Shown piece by piece: positions 17,081-27,903 of a DNA stretch of 64,000 bases. The translations under genes were made by a program, and so were the position numbers. This DNA is from an uncultured virus (IMG/VR IMGVR_UViG_3300022885_000008). Its lineage: Duplodnaviria; Heunggongvirae; Uroviricota; Caudoviricetes. The stretch lies in the IMG/VR virus record IMGVR_UViG_3300022885_000008; one strand, given 5' to 3'. Position 1 is the stretch's first letter. The number at the start of each line of letters is the position of its first letter. The notes beneath the pieces were generated by a model. It did no database searches, was not told the origin of the DNA, and worked only from the letters and a program-made list of their open reading frames with translations.

Positions 17081-17827
17081 TTATTTTTTCTTCTTACCTA
17101 ACTTAAATACAATGTTAACCATAGATGGTATTGATAATGAAGATAATTTCTTTTTATTTGAATCGCTAATTTTATCATATACACTAACGATTGCTCCTGC
17201 TGAAAATAAATCAACTAATACGTTCGTACCAGTTTTAGGATCTTTTACTTTTGCCGCAGTACCCTTAGCGACAACACTTCGTATTTGAGTTATAACATCT
17301 GGGTCAGTAGTTTCAGCTATAGATTCAGTAGTTTCACTAACTCTTGATTCGTATTTATCCCATTCAGACTTAGCCATTGTACCAAGCCCGCGTATACCAG
17401 GCTTTTCCATCATTTTCATATTCTTATTCGACCACATAGCGGCCGCGTGACCCGATTTTAATATCTTAATAAAGCGTTTTTTGCCGCTGTCTAACGTAAC
17501 ATATCCTACAAATTGGCCATCCATATACTTCAATTCATCAATAGTACTTTCCCGTAAGTTGAAAGTTTTGCCATAACGTTTGATTGCCAATTTTCCAGCC
17601 GAATTCAATTTAGAATTCTGACTTACAATATCCGGCGAAGCATTTTTTGTATATTTGCTAATTTGCTGGATGGCCGATTTCATAGCACTGTATTTCTTAG
17701 GATTATCACTCATTTCTGCGTAATTATCAAATGTGTTTAGTACTGATATTAAATCATCATCATTTTTAATTGCCGTACCTTTGGCTGCGTCGGCGTATGA
17801 TACTTCGTTTAAATCTTTAGATTCCAT
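17081..17827 (-). CDS. hypothetical multi-domain protein (possible head protein)
   Basis: 248-aa ORF with (L/I/V)xE linkers. Confidence 0.65.
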   Translation of the reverse strand: MESKDLNEVSYADAAKGTAIKNDDDLISVLNTFDNYAEMSDNPKKYSAMKSAIQQISKYTKNASPDIVSQNSKLNSAGKLAIKRYGKTFNLRESTIDELKYMDGQFVGYVTLDSGKKRFIKILKSGHAAAMWSNKNMKMMEKPGIRGLGTMAKSEWDKYESRVSETTESIAETTDPDVITQIRSVVAKGTAAKVKDPKTGTNVLVDLFSAGAIVSVYDKISDSNKKKLSSLSIPSMVNIVFKLGKKKK

Positions 17828-17839
17828 AGTGTGATTTCC

Positions 17840-18115
17840 TTAGAATGCGTTGTGTATACTATCGTAATTAGAATACATGGATTTAGCCATTGCAAATAGC
17901 TTATCATCCAATCTACGTCTAATGTTTTGATTAGCGGTTGAAAGATGACCATCTCTTCGCTGCATTTTCATCAGCTTGTCATACGCGGCTGACAGCGTGG
18001 TATGGGCCATTGTTCTGGCTAGAACATATCTTGCTTCGGTGTGATTATTAGCATCAGTTAATTTTTCTATTGCTCGAATAGTTGTAACCGGGAGTTCACT
18101 TGCTTCGTTAATCAT
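17840..18115 (-). CDS. hypothetical protein
   Basis: 91-aa ORF. Confidence 0.65.
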   Translation of the reverse strand: MINEASELPVTTIRAIEKLTDANNHTEARYVLARTMAHTTLSAAYDKLMKMQRRDGHLSTANQNIRRRLDDKLFAMAKSMYSNYDSIHNAF

Positions 18116-18128
18116 AGTTTATTGACTC

Positions 18129-18449
18129 TTACTTTTTCTTTCGTTTGACAATTTCAAGTGTATCGGTTCCAAACCAAGATTCACGGAGAACCTTACATTC
18201 GGATGCCCACACCGCTAATAGAGTTTCTACAAATAGTATAGATGTATTCACCAGACCTGTTACCAATCCAATTATAAATATTACAAGAGCCTTAGCCTTG
18301 GTATATGCATTAACCGAAAAGTCAACTACTGGGTCAACTACCTTATTCAGAAATGAATACCATAGATTAGAAAAGAAACCGGCTACAGTATTCCATGTAT
18401 CTACAAACCAATTACCTATCTTTTCAAAAAATGATTTAATCTTTTTCAT
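18129..18449 (-). CDS. hypothetical membrane/amphipathic protein
   Basis: Hydrophobic segment, basic C-terminus. Confidence 0.65.
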   Translation of the reverse strand: MKKIKSFFEKIGNWFVDTWNTVAGFFSNLWYSFLNKVVDPVVDFSVNAYTKAKALVIFIIGLVTGLVNTSILFVETLLAVWASECKVLRESWFGTDTLEIVKRKKK

Positions 18450-18479
18450 ATAAAATTCCTTTCATATAAATATACAGAT

Positions 18480-18623
18480 TTATTTTAAATCGGTTTTTGC
18501 ACGGCGTTTCTTTGGTTTCAAGGTTGAATCATCAAAACTATCGGTGAGCTTCTTTTTGCTCTTAATCTTAACCTTTTTTGCTGGAGGGATTTCTATATAA
18601 TCGTCCAAGTTAATTTTTTTCAT
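18480..18623 (-). CDS. small basic protein (47 aa)
   Basis: Hand-translated MKKINLDDYIEIPPAKK...; start overlaps the upstream stop. Confidence 0.5.
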   Translation of the reverse strand: MKKINLDDYIEIPPAKKVKIKSKKKLTDSFDDSTLKPKKRRAKTDLK

Positions 18624-18865
18624 TTTAATCTAATCTTCAGGGGTTCAATTTTTTTTAAAAATTCGGTTATTGTGTATGTTCCACCTATATCGGTTCTTAT
18701 CTTAACAACCATAAGTGCATCTGGATTATTTTCTGTCATCTTAAGTAATATATTCATAGCTTGGCCACCCCAAAATACACCAAAGCCATTATCTATACCT
18801 AATAAATTTGAATCGAAGCCGGCTGTTTCTTCTGTGTCGCCGGGCATCTGTAAATAGTATTCCAT
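18620..18865 (-). CDS. hypothetical protein
   Basis: 81-aa ORF. Confidence 0.7.
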   Translation of the reverse strand: MEYYLQMPGDTEETAGFDSNLLGIDNGFGVFWGGQAMNILLKMTENNPDALMVVKIRTDIGGTYTITEFLKKIEPLKIRLK

Positions 18866-18866
18866 A

Positions 18867-20093
18867 TTATTTGTTAATAAATATCAATTCTTTAGAATGA
18901 TCTTCCAATTTATTGATAGTAATTAGTAAATTTCCTATTTTAAATTCACCTATTTCACCACTATCTTTTATAATTTCTGATAGCTGGGCGGTTATATCAT
19001 GGTCCGATTGAATGTACGTATTACCATCAATATTTACTATTACATCGTAAAAGAAATCCATTTCACCACCATCATAGAAATTGTTGATGTGTTCTCTTAA
19101 ATCAAATAGAGTATTATCTTGCTCTGATTTGATATACGAATCAATTTCATCTTCGGATAAGTCGCATTCAATCCGCGAAGCCCAGGGTTCTACTATGTGT
19201 AATAACTGCTGTGTACAATTATCAATTTTAAATTTGATAATATATTTAGGTGGAATTATTGGTTTCATATATTCATCATGCTTAACCATATGGCCCCATT
19301 TACGAATAAAATTTCGCGTTGACTTTTGATTTTGAATTAACCATTCATCTGTTTCACGATTCTTCATGAACACTTGGCCAGCTGGATTACGTGTAGCGCC
19401 ATCTGCAAATCTACTTCCGCGGCAGGTCATATGATATACATAACCTTCCCATGTTTGAATGAATTTAACACCATTCAATTGAAAGCGATTGAAGATATCT
19501 GAATCTTCTTTTGATTGTGGCGCGAATAATGGATCATGGCCTCCAATTTCTTGAAAGTCTTTTTTCCAAAATGCCCACGGTGCAAATATACCTTCTGTAT
19601 TTTTATATTCTCCATCGGTATGTACCAGCCATAATAATAGAGCATCTTCATCAAATTCCTCGGTTTCAATACCAAAATCCATTATAATTTTTTCCGGACC
19701 AGGTGGATGTAATGGTGGTTCTATTCGAGTAAGTGATACTATTGTTTTTGAATCTGAATTACCTATATTCTTTTCAATTGCATCTAATGCGACTGGACAT
19801 AAATACATATCCGCATGAAATATCATACAAATATCATGAGTTGCAACTCTATTTACTAAATCATCATATAAGATAGTATGCCCAAGACGTTTCGGGCCAG
19901 CGTTACGCATCCATTTGAAATGTTCATCACGTTCAGCAGTATCTTGGCACCATACATCAGTACCATCATCAGAAAAGTCATCTGCCACACAAATTTCTAC
20001 GGTATGGTCTCCTTGATTTCGTCTAATGGAATCATATGACCATTTAAGATATTTTAAATTATTACGAGCCGGTTGAATTATACTAATATTCAT
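18867..20093 (-). CDS. glycosyltransferase family 2
   Basis: ISIIQP, VADDFSDDGT, HADM, EDSD. Confidence 0.88.
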   Translation of the reverse strand: MNISIIQPARNNLKYLKWSYDSIRRNQGDHTVEICVADDFSDDGTDVWCQDTAERDEHFKWMRNAGPKRLGHTILYDDLVNRVATHDICMIFHADMYLCPVALDAIEKNIGNSDSKTIVSLTRIEPPLHPPGPEKIIMDFGIETEEFDEDALLLWLVHTDGEYKNTEGIFAPWAFWKKDFQEIGGHDPLFAPQSKEDSDIFNRFQLNGVKFIQTWEGYVYHMTCRGSRFADGATRNPAGQVFMKNRETDEWLIQNQKSTRNFIRKWGHMVKHDEYMKPIIPPKYIIKFKIDNCTQQLLHIVEPWASRIECDLSEDEIDSYIKSEQDNTLFDLREHINNFYDGGEMDFFYDVIVNIDGNTYIQSDHDITAQLSEIIKDSGEIGEFKIGNLLITINKLEDHSKELIFINK

Positions 20094-21037
20094 TATTGAA
20101 ATTTATCATAAAATTTACTTAAAAAGATACGTTCAGAATAATGTGTATCATAAGCCTTCTGTGTAAATATACTACATTCTTTGTAGAAATCCAAATCTTG
20201 AGCTAACTTTAACATAACTTTTTTAGCAGAATGTATATCTCCTACATCTACTGTAGTTTCTGGGTGGCAGACCATTTGTGTATCCAATCCATTATAACCA
20301 ATACATGGTATACCAAGGAATGCACAGTTTAGGGCAAACGTTCCAGCTGCATGTGTACGCATCAAGTGTATTCCTACCTTATACTTAGACAGCTCAGCTA
20401 TCCAATCTACCCATTTCATATATGGTAAATGAACCAGGCCATCTACTTGTTCTTCTCCAACAATCTTTCTACCCATTGACGGTATATAGACTGTATCGCT
20501 GTATTCTTTGGCTACTACATACGAATCAAATCCGCTGTACCACGAACAGAAATTACCACCTATAATAACATCCTTTGTTTTTTCAGTTAATGGCCTGATA
20601 ATAGAATTTTCAATCATAAGAGATTGTAATGTATACACGGATTTATCTGGAAAATGTCCCTGATAATATAGTACATCAGACTTATTATGTGCAAAAATAG
20701 TATCTACCCGACTTAAAATACCATAATAATCAAACTGTTGTTCAATTGGGTAATCCTGCCAATACCAATTCGGTCCTTCTTGCATGACTGCCAATTTACC
20801 ACATGCCGGTTTCAAAGAACTTAATATGGCGTCCCAGTCATACTGGCCTTTTTTTGGTATAATTATTATACCCAAATCATGTGATTCAAATTTACCGTGG
20901 TCCGGATTATTTTTATTTGGTAGAGTATAATGATTAGCATCGAGTGCACACATCCAAGCAAATTCCGTACGCATTTGTTCGAAGTTACGAGGTACCTTAC
21001 CGGTAAATGTGTTTTCTGAAAAAAATGCTATTTTCAT
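20093..21037 (-). CDS. GT-B glycosyltransferase-like protein
   Basis: C-terminal ALNCAFLGIPCIG resembles the GT-B nucleotide-binding motif; start reset to MKIAFF. Confidence 0.65.
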   Translation of the reverse strand: MKIAFFSENTFTGKVPRNFEQMRTEFAWMCALDANHYTLPNKNNPDHGKFESHDLGIIIIPKKGQYDWDAILSSLKPACGKLAVMQEGPNWYWQDYPIEQQFDYYGILSRVDTIFAHNKSDVLYYQGHFPDKSVYTLQSLMIENSIIRPLTEKTKDVIIGGNFCSWYSGFDSYVVAKEYSDTVYIPSMGRKIVGEEQVDGLVHLPYMKWVDWIAELSKYKVGIHLMRTHAAGTFALNCAFLGIPCIGYNGLDTQMVCHPETTVDVGDIHSAKKVMLKLAQDLDFYKECSIFTQKAYDTHYSERIFLSKFYDKFQ

Positions 21038-21645
21038 AATTTTCCTTTTAATAAGAATCCAATATAATGATAGATTCCATCGGGCATATTTATATCTTCT
21101 AAGTTTGATTTCCAAAGAACAGGGTAGCCTCTGATATCAAACGTATCCAGTGTATAATGTGATATGTGTTCACCAAAACAATCATCTACCGTATCTACTG
21201 TGGATATAAATGCGTATTCACAATGGTCTAAGATATTATCAATGATTTTATAATTGACTCCTTCTTCTATGTGTTCAATAGTTTCAAGGCATGTAATATA
21301 GCCAAAGTCAGCTTCAATTGGATTTAATAAAATATCCCTACATTCAAATGTACATAGTGGCGACTTTATAGTTGCTGCATCTATAGCAGTCTTGGAAAAG
21401 TCGTACCCTGTACATTCCCACTCTGGATGATTTTGTTTAAAATATTCAATAGCGTATCCTGCTGCACACCCTACATCAAGAATACTATTACGTTCGAATG
21501 ATTCGCCATTGATTCCAAGTATATCGGACGCAATTTTAACATAGCTTGAATCTTCAATTGTGGTGAAATCGTATTCGGTATTTACTTCATACTGTTCAGT
21601 ATGTTTCTTTTCCCAGTAGTCAACTGTATTATTTCCTCTAAACAT
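21034..21645 (-). CDS. class I SAM-dependent methyltransferase
   Basis: ILDVGCAAG, GYDFS, ETIEHI. Confidence 0.88.
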   Translation of the reverse strand: MFRGNNTVDYWEKKHTEQYEVNTEYDFTTIEDSSYVKIASDILGINGESFERNSILDVGCAAGYAIEYFKQNHPEWECTGYDFSKTAIDAATIKSPLCTFECRDILLNPIEADFGYITCLETIEHIEEGVNYKIIDNILDHCEYAFISTVDTVDDCFGEHISHYTLDTFDIRGYPVLWKSNLEDINMPDGIYHYIGFLLKGKL

Positions 21646-22616
21646 TATGCGTAAAATTTTACCCAAAACTGCACCATTTCGTCCATCATGGCTTCAAATG
21701 TATATTCGGGTTCCCATCCTAATTCAGTTCTTATTTTAGTTGAATCGCCTTTTAAATATGGTAATTCTTCTGGTCTAAGAAACTTTGGATTTTGTACAAC
21801 GTAATCATTATAATCAAGTCCCAGACTACCGAAGACATAATCGCACATTTCACGGACTGAATGTGTCTTGCCTGTAGATACTACGTAGTCACCTGGTTCG
21901 TCTTGTTGTACAATGGAGTGCATTGCCCTAACATAGTCCTTTGAGTGACCCCAATCCCTATATGAATCGATATTTCCCAGTTCCAACTTATCTTGCATAC
22001 CAAGTGATATACGAACCGCAGCCTTAACTACTTTATTAGTAACGAAGTTCGAGCCTCTACGTGGTGATTCATGATTAAAAAGAATACCATTGGATGCATG
22101 GAGCTTATAGGCCCGTCTGTAATTACGTACAATGTTATATCCAAATACCTTTGCGCATCCATATGGAGATACGGGATTCATCGGTGTTGTTTCACGTTGG
22201 CAATTATCCTCATCAACTGATAAACCAAACATTTCCGAACTACTGGCTTGATAAAACTTGGCTTTTGGACAACTTCGCCTATAAGCTTCCATCACATTCA
22301 ATACACCTATGGCATTTGTTTGTACTGTGAATTGTGGAATATCAAAACTAATTCTAACGTGGCTTTGTGCTGCCAAATTATATATTTCATCTGGTTGTAT
22401 GTCGTCCAGTAGTTTTTCTATTCCACCTTGATCTAATAAATCACCATAGTAGGTATTGATTTTATCTTGAATATCCGTTATACGGGTATCTTGATGTTCT
22501 GGAACAGAATTTCTGCGGACTATACCATGTACTTCATATCCCAATGAAAGTAAATATTCGGCCAGGTACGATCCGTCCTGTCCTGAAATTCCCGTGATAA
22601 ATGCTTTTTTACTCAT
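21645..22616 (-). CDS. gmd: GDP-mannose 4,6-dehydratase
   Basis: GISGQDGSYLAE, NLAAQSHV, YGCAK, LFNHESPRRG. Confidence 0.96.
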   Translation of the reverse strand: MSKKAFITGISGQDGSYLAEYLLSLGYEVHGIVRRNSVPEHQDTRITDIQDKINTYYGDLLDQGGIEKLLDDIQPDEIYNLAAQSHVRISFDIPQFTVQTNAIGVLNVMEAYRRSCPKAKFYQASSSEMFGLSVDEDNCQRETTPMNPVSPYGCAKVFGYNIVRNYRRAYKLHASNGILFNHESPRRGSNFVTNKVVKAAVRISLGMQDKLELGNIDSYRDWGHSKDYVRAMHSIVQQDEPGDYVVSTGKTHSVREMCDYVFGSLGLDYNDYVVQNPKFLRPEELPYLKGDSTKIRTELGWEPEYTFEAMMDEMVQFWVKFYA

Positions 22617-22622
22617 TACTTG

Positions 22623-23036
22623 TTAAAGATTTTCATTTGTGTTAAATTTGTAACCCTTGAATTTACCTTTGGTTACGGGTTTCTTTTTTTCAATACTATT
22701 TCGTATAGCAGTAATTGATATTCCTAATGTTTCGGATGCCTCACTAATAGTGGGAAACGTAACTTCGTTTTTATCACCATCTATACATTTTACAGAACAA
22801 CCAACACCATACATAGGGTTATTAATCCCGTGTTTAACTTCACTCATTTTATCAATGGTTTCCTTACGATGTTTTTTACCATACATAGGATGATTTTCAC
22901 CCTTTATAGAATCTGATATACGTTGTTTAACATCGTCATTCCATTTTGTCCCAGTTCTTGATTCCGATATTTTTTTCTTGGCTTCATCAGTATGTGTTTT
23001 ACCATACATTCCATTTTCCTTACCGTGATGTACCAT
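22623..23036 (-). CDS. NUMOD3/NUMOD1 DNA-binding protein (homing endonuclease remnant without nuclease domain)
   Basis: Repeated NxMYGKxH motifs and C-terminal FPTISEAS HTH. Confidence 0.7.
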   Translation of the reverse strand: MVHHGKENGMYGKTHTDEAKKKISESRTGTKWNDDVKQRISDSIKGENHPMYGKKHRKETIDKMSEVKHGINNPMYGVGCSVKCIDGDKNEVTFPTISEASETLGISITAIRNSIEKKKPVTKGKFKGYKFNTNENL

Positions 23037-23038
23037 TT

Positions 23039-23629
23039 TTAATTATTAAAAACATCCATCAACGAAATGTCTGGCCAATCATTAATATCCCATTGGTGAG
23101 GAATTGTTTCTACTGCTTCTGCAAACTTATATATGCCTTCGGCTGCCGTTTCTGGCGTCATATAATAATGATATCCCATCGTATCGATGTTTTGTTCACG
23201 CCAAGGTACATCTGGCAATCTACCGTCATACGACATTTTTTTTAACGCCACTGCTTGATCTATATTATCAGTTAATATCATTCCACCCCGACCTAAACTA
23301 AGATGCTTTCTATATTGAAATGATATACACATTAATGTATTGGGTACATATGTATTTTCACCCCACAAAACTGCTGCATCTATAATATCAGTCGTAATAT
23401 AGTAATAGTCCGACCAAGTACAATCAATCCATTCTAAATCAATTGACAATTTATCTGCTAAAAAAGGTACTGATATGTATGTCCTGCGGGGAGATTGCAT
23501 TTTATCGGCCTTAGTATATCTTAGGCATAATTCCAATCCATGTGTACACGAATCTACTGCTACACCGTACTTAGCACCAAAATAACTGGCTACTATATCT
23601 TCGAAGGATGTTATTGTATTAAAGCTCAT
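23039..23629 (-). CDS. short DegT/DnrJ/EryC1-family aminotransferase
   Basis: VAVDSCT, IDAA, SFQYRKHL...GGMILT. Confidence 0.85.
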   Translation of the reverse strand: MSFNTITSFEDIVASYFGAKYGVAVDSCTHGLELCLRYTKADKMQSPRRTYISVPFLADKLSIDLEWIDCTWSDYYYITTDIIDAAVLWGENTYVPNTLMCISFQYRKHLSLGRGGMILTDNIDQAVALKKMSYDGRLPDVPWREQNIDTMGYHYYMTPETAAEGIYKFAEAVETIPHQWDINDWPDISLMDVFNN

Positions 23630-24171
23630 TTTATTGCTTCCATATTTAAACTAATTAATGTACCATTCTCTTTATCCATGTGTGGTAGGTAAGCCTGTGA
23701 ATGATCGTCATACATACTGTGCTCAGTATCTTTCCAATCATACATACGTACATAGTTGAATCCCGCCTTAAATAATACCGATTTTAATCTAGCATAATCA
23801 TATGCTGTCTTGTGATATATTGCCTTACCATCCATATACATTTTGCCGTATAGTGGGCCCAAGAAAGATTCCAATGGATATTGTCCGGCCATATATAAAG
23901 AAGCCATTGCGGCGAAATTAGGAACGGCTATTCTAATTGTTCCACCTGGTTTCAATTTACGATACCAGCCATACATCAAAATCACAGCCGCATCATAATC
24001 GAAGTATTCTAATACATGACTGGCATATATTAAATCTACGGTGTTATCTCTATATGGTAGAGTTACAATATCATGTGAATCTAAGTGACTATAATCGCCG
24101 CCGTCAATATGTACCCAATCTTTACCAAAGTTTCGCCAGCCACATCCTAAATTTATTTTAATTTCGTTCAT
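23626..24171 (-). CDS. SAM-dependent methyltransferase
   Basis: INLGCG, ASHVLEY, LKPGG.IRIAVP. Confidence 0.88.
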   Translation of the reverse strand: MNEIKINLGCGWRNFGKDWVHIDGGDYSHLDSHDIVTLPYRDNTVDLIYASHVLEYFDYDAAVILMYGWYRKLKPGGTIRIAVPNFAAMASLYMAGQYPLESFLGPLYGKMYMDGKAIYHKTAYDYARLKSVLFKAGFNYVRMYDWKDTEHSMYDDHSQAYLPHMDKENGTLISLNMEAIK

Positions 24172-24178
24172 GTTTAAT

Positions 24179-24838
24179 TTATTCAAAGTTATATCCAAAA
24201 AATTTCAAATCATCCGAGTGCATTTCAGCCACCAAACCAATAGTATAATCATCATAATATGTTCTAAAATCGTTGTGTGATGATTTTCGTTCATGTTTTG
24301 AAATAGTTACATCTATACCAATGGAATTCAACATATCAGGCCATTTACCAATGTCTTCCATTTTAAAAACAGCATTAACATATTCATTTCTATCAATTGA
24401 TATCCAGTCTATCATTTGTTGATATTTGGGAGTCAGTTTACCATTATTATAAAATGTCAGTTCATCCCTATATTGGTATATATTTTTCATAAATTCTGGA
24501 AACGATAACTGAGTCCATTTAGATTCTATACTAAAATCATTATCAACACTAGCATGTACTTTTAAAAAATGATACCAAGATACATACCATGAATACGGAT
24601 TTCTGACAAGCGAAAATGTAATTAAATTTTTAAAGTCTATGTTTTGTAATCTACATATACCTTTAATATCCGTTAAGGATAAGTGGCCGGTTATTGGTCC
24701 TTTATTTTCCCACCCATAAATCGTGTCTATTTCATCATACATTGACAATACTTTTCCGATTGTTGTGCCGCCGGTTTTTGGTATGTGAACAAAACAATAA
24801 TGTGCATTATTCGCATCATTTTTAAATAAATATGCCAT
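24179..24838 (-). CDS. sulfotransferase family 2
   Basis: FVHIPKTGGT and VRNPY..YVSWY PAPS-binding motifs. Confidence 0.85.
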   Translation of the reverse strand: MAYLFKNDANNAHYCFVHIPKTGGTTIGKVLSMYDEIDTIYGWENKGPITGHLSLTDIKGICRLQNIDFKNLITFSLVRNPYSWYVSWYHFLKVHASVDNDFSIESKWTQLSFPEFMKNIYQYRDELTFYNNGKLTPKYQQMIDWISIDRNEYVNAVFKMEDIGKWPDMLNSIGIDVTISKHERKSSHNDFRTYYDDYTIGLVAEMHSDDLKFFGYNFE

Positions 24839-24841
24839 TGG

Positions 24842-26350
24842 TTATTTACGTTTCCAACATTCCCAAACAAACGGATATGAAAATACAAGTTCATGTGTTT
24901 CTTTCAATCGTTCTATTATTTTTGCTCTATCGGATATAGGATTAACTGCTAAGTAATGAAACTGAACCAATATACGGTCAACCTTATTAATAAATTTCGA
25001 ATCTATAATTTCATTAAGTAATTCATATTCTCCACCTTCAATATTAATTTTTATCAATGAAATATCATCAATATTGTTTTCTATTACAAAATCACGGAAT
25101 CTAACCTTACTGCATGTTTCCTTTGACCCGGATGTAAATTGCGACGATGAATTACCATCAACCGAAATTTCAAATGTAGAATTAGAATCACCCAGTGCAA
25201 AATTATGTAGTGTAACGCTATCCGGTAAATGTTCGCTTGAATATCGATAGAAAGATTGTACTGGTTCGAATGCATGTATACGTAAGGTATGTTTATTACG
25301 TAACATAAGCTGATTATAATAATCGCCTTCATATGAACCAACGTCGAACACTACCGAGTCTTCATTTAAATCAAAATATAAATGAGTTGAATCGCCACCG
25401 TTTGAAAAAAACTGGTCAAGCCAATGACGCTGTACATGTCCATCTACTGTAGTTCTAAAGTCATCGGGACTTAAATCTATTATTTCTTTATCTGATGTTT
25501 CATGTAAATTCTTAAATACATTATCATATATCCAATCTTCTTGACAATAATAATTACGCATCATCGCGTTGTTTTTCATGACAGAATGTAACTTACGTTC
25601 ATATAAATCAGTAGTTAGTGTAGAAAGTATATCATCCAATTCCGATATAGTATCGAACATTATAATTCCGTTTTTATCAAAATAATTACCTATTGCATTT
25701 GGTCCATAGTAAATTGGGATAGTACCAACGGCAAAACAATCTAGTAACTTCTCTGAAAAGTAATCCGGTATCTTTGAATTTTCCACTACAATTGAAAATC
25801 TATATGGAGCAAGAATTTCTTCTTTATAATCAAAGTCTATACCTGCCCCCGAACCATACCTATCTACATCGGGAAACATTCTAGCAATTTCATGACGTAG
25901 TTTATGACCGTCAGTTAATTTCTTGTTAGAATATATAATATTTACATCCTTTGATTTTTCATACACGCCTATGTTATCTTCTAATACCCATGAGCCACCA
26001 AACGGATAATATATACATTTTGTTGGATATTTGTCAATCAAGTCACGATTGTACGTCAATATAAAATCAAACAAATCTATAATGGTTTCTATATTAGAAT
26101 ACACATTTGAATTGATTTGTGGTGGTTCTATTATCATACCAACCTTATATGTGCTTTCCACAGAAGTTACCAACTCACCATTACACATCCAATCATCTGA
26201 AAATATAGTGATACCATTGTGCTTCATTTTATTTCTAACCCATTTCCAATTTTTAGGAATACGATTATCAGTCATTGAAAAATGACCGTTGTCTCTGTCC
26301 AGGTGAGTAAATCCGCCAAACAAATTTACTTCCATTATATCTTTATCCAT
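24842..26350 (-). CDS. GT10 (alpha-1,3-fucosyltransferase-like) fused to FkbM methyltransferase
   Basis: YRFSIVVEN..DYFSEKL..GTIPIYYG; VFDVGS, AFEP, LIKINIEGGE. Confidence 0.82.
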   Translation of the reverse strand: MDKDIMEVNLFGGFTHLDRDNGHFSMTDNRIPKNWKWVRNKMKHNGITIFSDDWMCNGELVTSVESTYKVGMIIEPPQINSNVYSNIETIIDLFDFILTYNRDLIDKYPTKCIYYPFGGSWVLEDNIGVYEKSKDVNIIYSNKKLTDGHKLRHEIARMFPDVDRYGSGAGIDFDYKEEILAPYRFSIVVENSKIPDYFSEKLLDCFAVGTIPIYYGPNAIGNYFDKNGIIMFDTISELDDILSTLTTDLYERKLHSVMKNNAMMRNYYCQEDWIYDNVFKNLHETSDKEIIDLSPDDFRTTVDGHVQRHWLDQFFSNGGDSTHLYFDLNEDSVVFDVGSYEGDYYNQLMLRNKHTLRIHAFEPVQSFYRYSSEHLPDSVTLHNFALGDSNSTFEISVDGNSSSQFTSGSKETCSKVRFRDFVIENNIDDISLIKINIEGGEYELLNEIIDSKFINKVDRILVQFHYLAVNPISDRAKIIERLKETHELVFSYPFVWECWKRK

Positions 26351-27903
26351 GATTCTGGTATTATATCTTTATCGCTTAAATTTCTTTTTTCGCCGAACCA
26401 TTGTTTAGGTGCAATTACAACTTTATCGGGGTTTTCATTTAGCCATGCTCCCCACCAAGAAAATGTAGAGTTGGCAATAATATTGTGATTACATTCAGAC
26501 ATTATCAATAAATCCAAATAATCATCACAATCACATACAAAGTGTTTATTTGATAACGACGAAAATAATTCATTATTCATACACCAGTCAATGTCATCAC
26601 TAAATATAAGGAATAAAGCTGATGAATCAAAATAATCTATGGCATTTTTATAATAATCCATCGGAAGTATAGGGTGCATTTCTGATAAATTAGTGTAATC
26701 ACCCCTACGTACATGAATTGATACTACGTTGCCAGTAAATGGTAATAACGTGCTTAGATTCTCCTGTACCGGCTTCATCATATCGTCATCGTGTTTGAAC
26801 ATATTTAGTATGGCCTGACGATTGTGAACAAAGAATTTTTCCGATTGAAAGTAACCAGAATATTTACAGTTTGGATAAAACGGTGTATCACTGTATGTAA
26901 ATTCTGGTTGTTCATACGTCATAGTATGATTTACACTTGGGGTAGTGCGTATTTTACTAAATATATTATTTGTATATCCGCCAAATTGAGGCGTTTTTAA
27001 TTGAGGAAGAATTAATGTTGCATCGTTGTCCTTTGCCATTGATATTCCGGTAGCAACCTGAAACATCAAATTACCTAATCCATAATTATGTATGCCACCA
27101 GGCGCACCAGGACCCTTCAAATCAAATGTAATATTTGATGTAATAATTCTGTCCATCGGTGGCTTAGTTCTAATTCTTTTTTCTATTTCCTTTTGTTCTT
27201 TCTGCCTAACGGATCCTTCGTTATTTAAATCAGCGGACCTATTCAGTATGTACAATATATCATCACATCTATAGATATGATCCTTACCAGCCATTTCTAC
27301 CATTGGAATACATAGGGCATGGTCCCAAGCGGCTGAGAAGTATTCTCCCGTACAATCATCTGTTAATCTATTGGTAGGTATCCTACTAAACAAATGGTAC
27401 TTATACGTCTTTAGATGGGAAAACGGGAACGGTGTGAATCTATAAGTATTAGCTGAATCTACTGCTTGGTCTATACCCATATTATAATGGCCGCCTGTTT
27501 CACCGCTTGGATACATTTGGTATTGGCCATAGGTCATCCATACAGCATTGTCGGTATAAATTTGGCTTATATATTGTAACGTAAATACACTTGATAACCA
27601 ATCATCACCATCAACTTCAACTATTATATCTTCATCTGAAATTAAATCGTTTACCTGTAGCCAACTAATTCCAAACATATAGGCTTTACCTTGACTTCCA
27701 TTATCATCGTTACGAATTACATGGCACCTATCATCACTATGAGTTTCATCTAGTAACGTAGTATACGTACCATCAGTAGAACCATCATCAATGTATAGGT
27801 ACAATACATTCTTATAACTTTGATATTTGTTCATGGCTATATTCATTCGAATATAATCATTTACATTATAGCATGTAGTTATAACTACAAATCTATTGTT
27901 CAT
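26335..27903 (-). CDS. GT2 fused to GT11 (alpha-1,2-fucosyltransferase-like)
   Basis: DDGSTDGT, VDGDDW; GLGNLMFQ, GYFQSEK, SIHVRRGDY, NSTFSWWGA. Confidence 0.88.
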   Translation of the reverse strand: MNNRFVVITTCYNVNDYIRMNIAMNKYQSYKNVLYLYIDDGSTDGTYTTLLDETHSDDRCHVIRNDDNGSQGKAYMFGISWLQVNDLISDEDIIVEVDGDDWLSSVFTLQYISQIYTDNAVWMTYGQYQMYPSGETGGHYNMGIDQAVDSANTYRFTPFPFSHLKTYKYHLFSRIPTNRLTDDCTGEYFSAAWDHALCIPMVEMAGKDHIYRCDDILYILNRSADLNNEGSVRQKEQKEIEKRIRTKPPMDRIITSNITFDLKGPGAPGGIHNYGLGNLMFQVATGISMAKDNDATLILPQLKTPQFGGYTNNIFSKIRTTPSVNHTMTYEQPEFTYSDTPFYPNCKYSGYFQSEKFFVHNRQAILNMFKHDDDMMKPVQENLSTLLPFTGNVVSIHVRRGDYTNLSEMHPILPMDYYKNAIDYFDSSALFLIFSDDIDWCMNNELFSSLSNKHFVCDCDDYLDLLIMSECNHNIIANSTFSWWGAWLNENPDKVVIAPKQWFGEKRNLSDKDIIPESWIKI

